From an uncultured virus (IMG/VR IMGVR_UViG_2802429268_000001) (Duplodnaviria > Heunggongvirae > Uroviricota > Caudoviricetes): 20,000 bases of DNA. Of this stretch, positions 18,180-20,000 are shown piece after piece. How positions within the stretch are numbered: position 1 is the first letter of the stretch; every line of letters begins with the position of its first letter. Where the stretch lies: IMG/VR virus record IMGVR_UViG_2802429268_000001; one strand, 5' to 3'. The translations under genes were made by a program, and so were the position numbers. The notes beneath the pieces were generated by a model that saw nothing but the letters and a program-made list of their open reading frames with translations, was not told the origin of the DNA and made no database searches.

Positions 18180-20000
18180 ATGCAGACTGCTATCGATCTC
18201 TATTCCGGCTGCGGCGGCATGTCGGCTGGTGCGGCCATTGCAATCCCCGGTCTCGAAGTGAAATGGGCGCTCGACATTGATAAGAACGCGACCGCGACCT
18301 TCAAGAAGGCTCATCCCGAAGCGCTAGTCGATTGCTGCGATGTTTCGCTGGTATCGGCGACTGACGTGATTGAGCGCGCGGTAATCGAGAAGATCGACTG
18401 GTTCTTCGCCGGGCCGACTTGCCAGGCGGTCAGCACGATGGGCGTCTTCCACCTCGATGATCCCCGCAACGCGCTCTTCGTACATTTCATCCGCTTGCTG
18501 GACGGTTTTACGGCGGCTGGACGGCGCCCGCAGCGCGTTATTATGGAAAACGTTCCGGGCGTCGTTTACGGCAAGAACCTCGTCATCGTGAAGGAGCTGT
18601 TCAAGCTCTTCGAGGAGCGAGGCTACCATGTCTTCGCAGACGTCGTGAACATGGCCGACTACGGCCTCCCGCAGCTCCGCAACAGGTTCATTCTCGTCGC
18701 GTCCGTCGATCCCATCGCCGCGACCTTTCCCATGCCCACCCATGCTCCCGACGGCGGCGGCGATCTCGAAGGCTATGTGACAGTCGCCGAGGCGATCGGT
18801 GATCTCGTTCAATGCAATGCGAATGGCGACGGGATCGTCCGGTTGCCGGAAGCCGTGAACCAGACCGCCTTCCAGCGCTTCGCCAGAAACGGGGCGGATG
18901 GGGTCGGAAGCCATTTCGCAAACTCGCTGACCGAGATCAACGCGAAGAGGATCGCACAGGTGCCACAGGGCGGTTGCTGGAAGGACATTCCTCCGGAACT
19001 CCTTCCCGACCGCTTTCGACGCGTCCGACTGACCGACTATGCGACATTGTACGGGCGACTGCACGAGGCGGCGCCTGCCTATACGATCTCGGCAGGTTTC
19101 GCGAACGTGACATCCGGATGCTTCACACATCCCATCCATGACCGGGCTCTGACCGTGAGGGAAGGGGCGCGCATCCAGGGGTTCCAGGACACGTTCGAGT
19201 TCACCGGGCCACGCAGTGCACAGTACAGGCAGGTCGGGAATGCCGTTCCGCCATTCTTCATGAGCAAGCTCCTGACGCACCTGACAGCGGGCACGGAGGG
19301 CGTTCCGGCAAGGATCACGTCGAGTGCTCTGGCCAGCGGCAGGAAGCTGCCGAAGATGGTCAGGCGCTACATGAACAAGAAGAACGAATCCGTGCGCGCC
19401 CGCGATGGCTACGGCGGAGGAACCTACTGGCCGGCGGGCTGGGGCGAACCGATTGCGGCCGACGCTGTCGCCGCCAATGGCTATCGATTGAGCGAGATGC
19501 CGCTGCGGTTTCGTCGCCGCGATGAATGGCGCGCCTCGCGCGACAAGTTCACCGACCAGGATCTCGTCGCCGTCTACGAGGAGCAGCAGCGCCGCGGCGT
19601 GGGTCCCGCGGACTTGGTTGCGCTGCCTCTGACACGCGAAGGCGACGTGGACGCTATCGACCGGGCCATCGTCCAGCTTCTTGCCATCGTTGGCTCGAAG
19701 CCAGGTCAGATGGAACTCGACATCCCCGTACGCTACCTCCGCGCACGCCTGAAGCTGTTGCACGACCAGCTCTCCGAGAGGCGCGTTTCAAACCTGCCGC
19801 CGCTGGCAATCCCGGAGGACGGCGCTGCTGTCCTGCTCGGAAGCGACAAGGGAACGTTCCGCCTCGCACGGCTGACCTTCGAGGACACGGACATGTCGGC
19901 CGACGCGTCGCTCAAGGCTCCGCATCTCGTCCTTCATCCCGATCCGCTGCGAACGAAGGGCAAGGACAAGGCCGCGGAGGACCACCTGCGCTACCGATAG
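18180..20000 (+). CDS. DNA (cytosine-5)-methyltransferase-family protein with long C-terminal extension (606 aa)
   Basis: Motifs I DLYSGCGG, IV AGPTCQ, VI ENV, VIII PQLRNR, IX RALTVREGARIQGF, X YRQVGNAVPP. GGGGG RBS, TAG ends at 20000. Confidence 0.92.
   Translation: MQTAIDLYSGCGGMSAGAAIAIPGLEVKWALDIDKNATATFKKAHPEALVDCCDVSLVSATDVIERAVIEKIDWFFAGPTCQAVSTMGVFHLDDPRNALFVHFIRLLDGFTAAGRRPQRVIMENVPGVVYGKNLVIVKELFKLFEERGYHVFADVVNMADYGLPQLRNRFILVASVDPIAATFPMPTHAPDGGGDLEGYVTVAEAIGDLVQCNANGDGIVRLPEAVNQTAFQRFARNGADGVGSHFANSLTEINAKRIAQVPQGGCWKDIPPELLPDRFRRVRLTDYATLYGRLHEAAPAYTISAGFANVTSGCFTHPIHDRALTVREGARIQGFQDTFEFTGPRSAQYRQVGNAVPPFFMSKLLTHLTAGTEGVPARITSSALASGRKLPKMVRRYMNKKNESVRARDGYGGGTYWPAGWGEPIAADAVAANGYRLSEMPLRFRRRDEWRASRDKFTDQDLVAVYEEQQRRGVGPADLVALPLTREGDVDAIDRAIVQLLAIVGSKPGQMELDIPVRYLRARLKLLHDQLSERRVSNLPPLAIPEDGAAVLLGSDKGTFRLARLTFEDTDMSADASLKAPHLVLHPDPLRTKGKDKAAEDHLRYR

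Larger units (their letters stand above)
12546..20000. mobile_element. Left part of a genomic island integrated at tRNA-Trp
   Basis: AlpA, AAA protease, HNH nuclease and DNA methyltransferase sit where secE-nusG normally follow tRNA-Trp. Tandem repeats lie next to the tRNA. No integrase in the window. Confidence 0.78.

Noticed and set aside
18324..19763. 479-aa minus-strand ORF (likewise 5564-6649, 11335-12234, 321-1106)
   Set aside because: Antisense shadows of well-supported genes in GC-rich DNA, with no motifs

Overview
GC-rich Rhizobiaceae-like chromosome (judged from the EF-Tu sequence) with three zones. (1) 1-8951 is the right end of a prophage. It holds tail/fibre genes, an antisense cargo operon for membrane-lipid enzymes (Aur1/PAP2-type phosphotransferase, His-box hydroxylase/desaturase, ICMT/PEMT-type methyltransferase) plus an unlisted 51-aa Flp-pilin-like peptide, an HTH-metallophosphoesterase and a holin/SAR-endolysin/spanin cassette. 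It ends in a duplicated 3' half of tRNA-Gly(TCC) (attR). (2) 8952-12545 is core genome: tuf, a frameshifted exported protein, an SDR epimerase and tRNA-Trp(CCA). (3) 12546-20000 is a second integrated element at tRNA-Trp: AlpA, a DUF6634-like protein, a soluble FtsH-like AAA+/M41 protease, a PUA-like-HNH nuclease and an atypical extended C5-cytosine methyltransferase. The best candidate for an undescribed system is the prophage lipid-remodelling operon. All family calls come from motifs read by eye; no searches were run.
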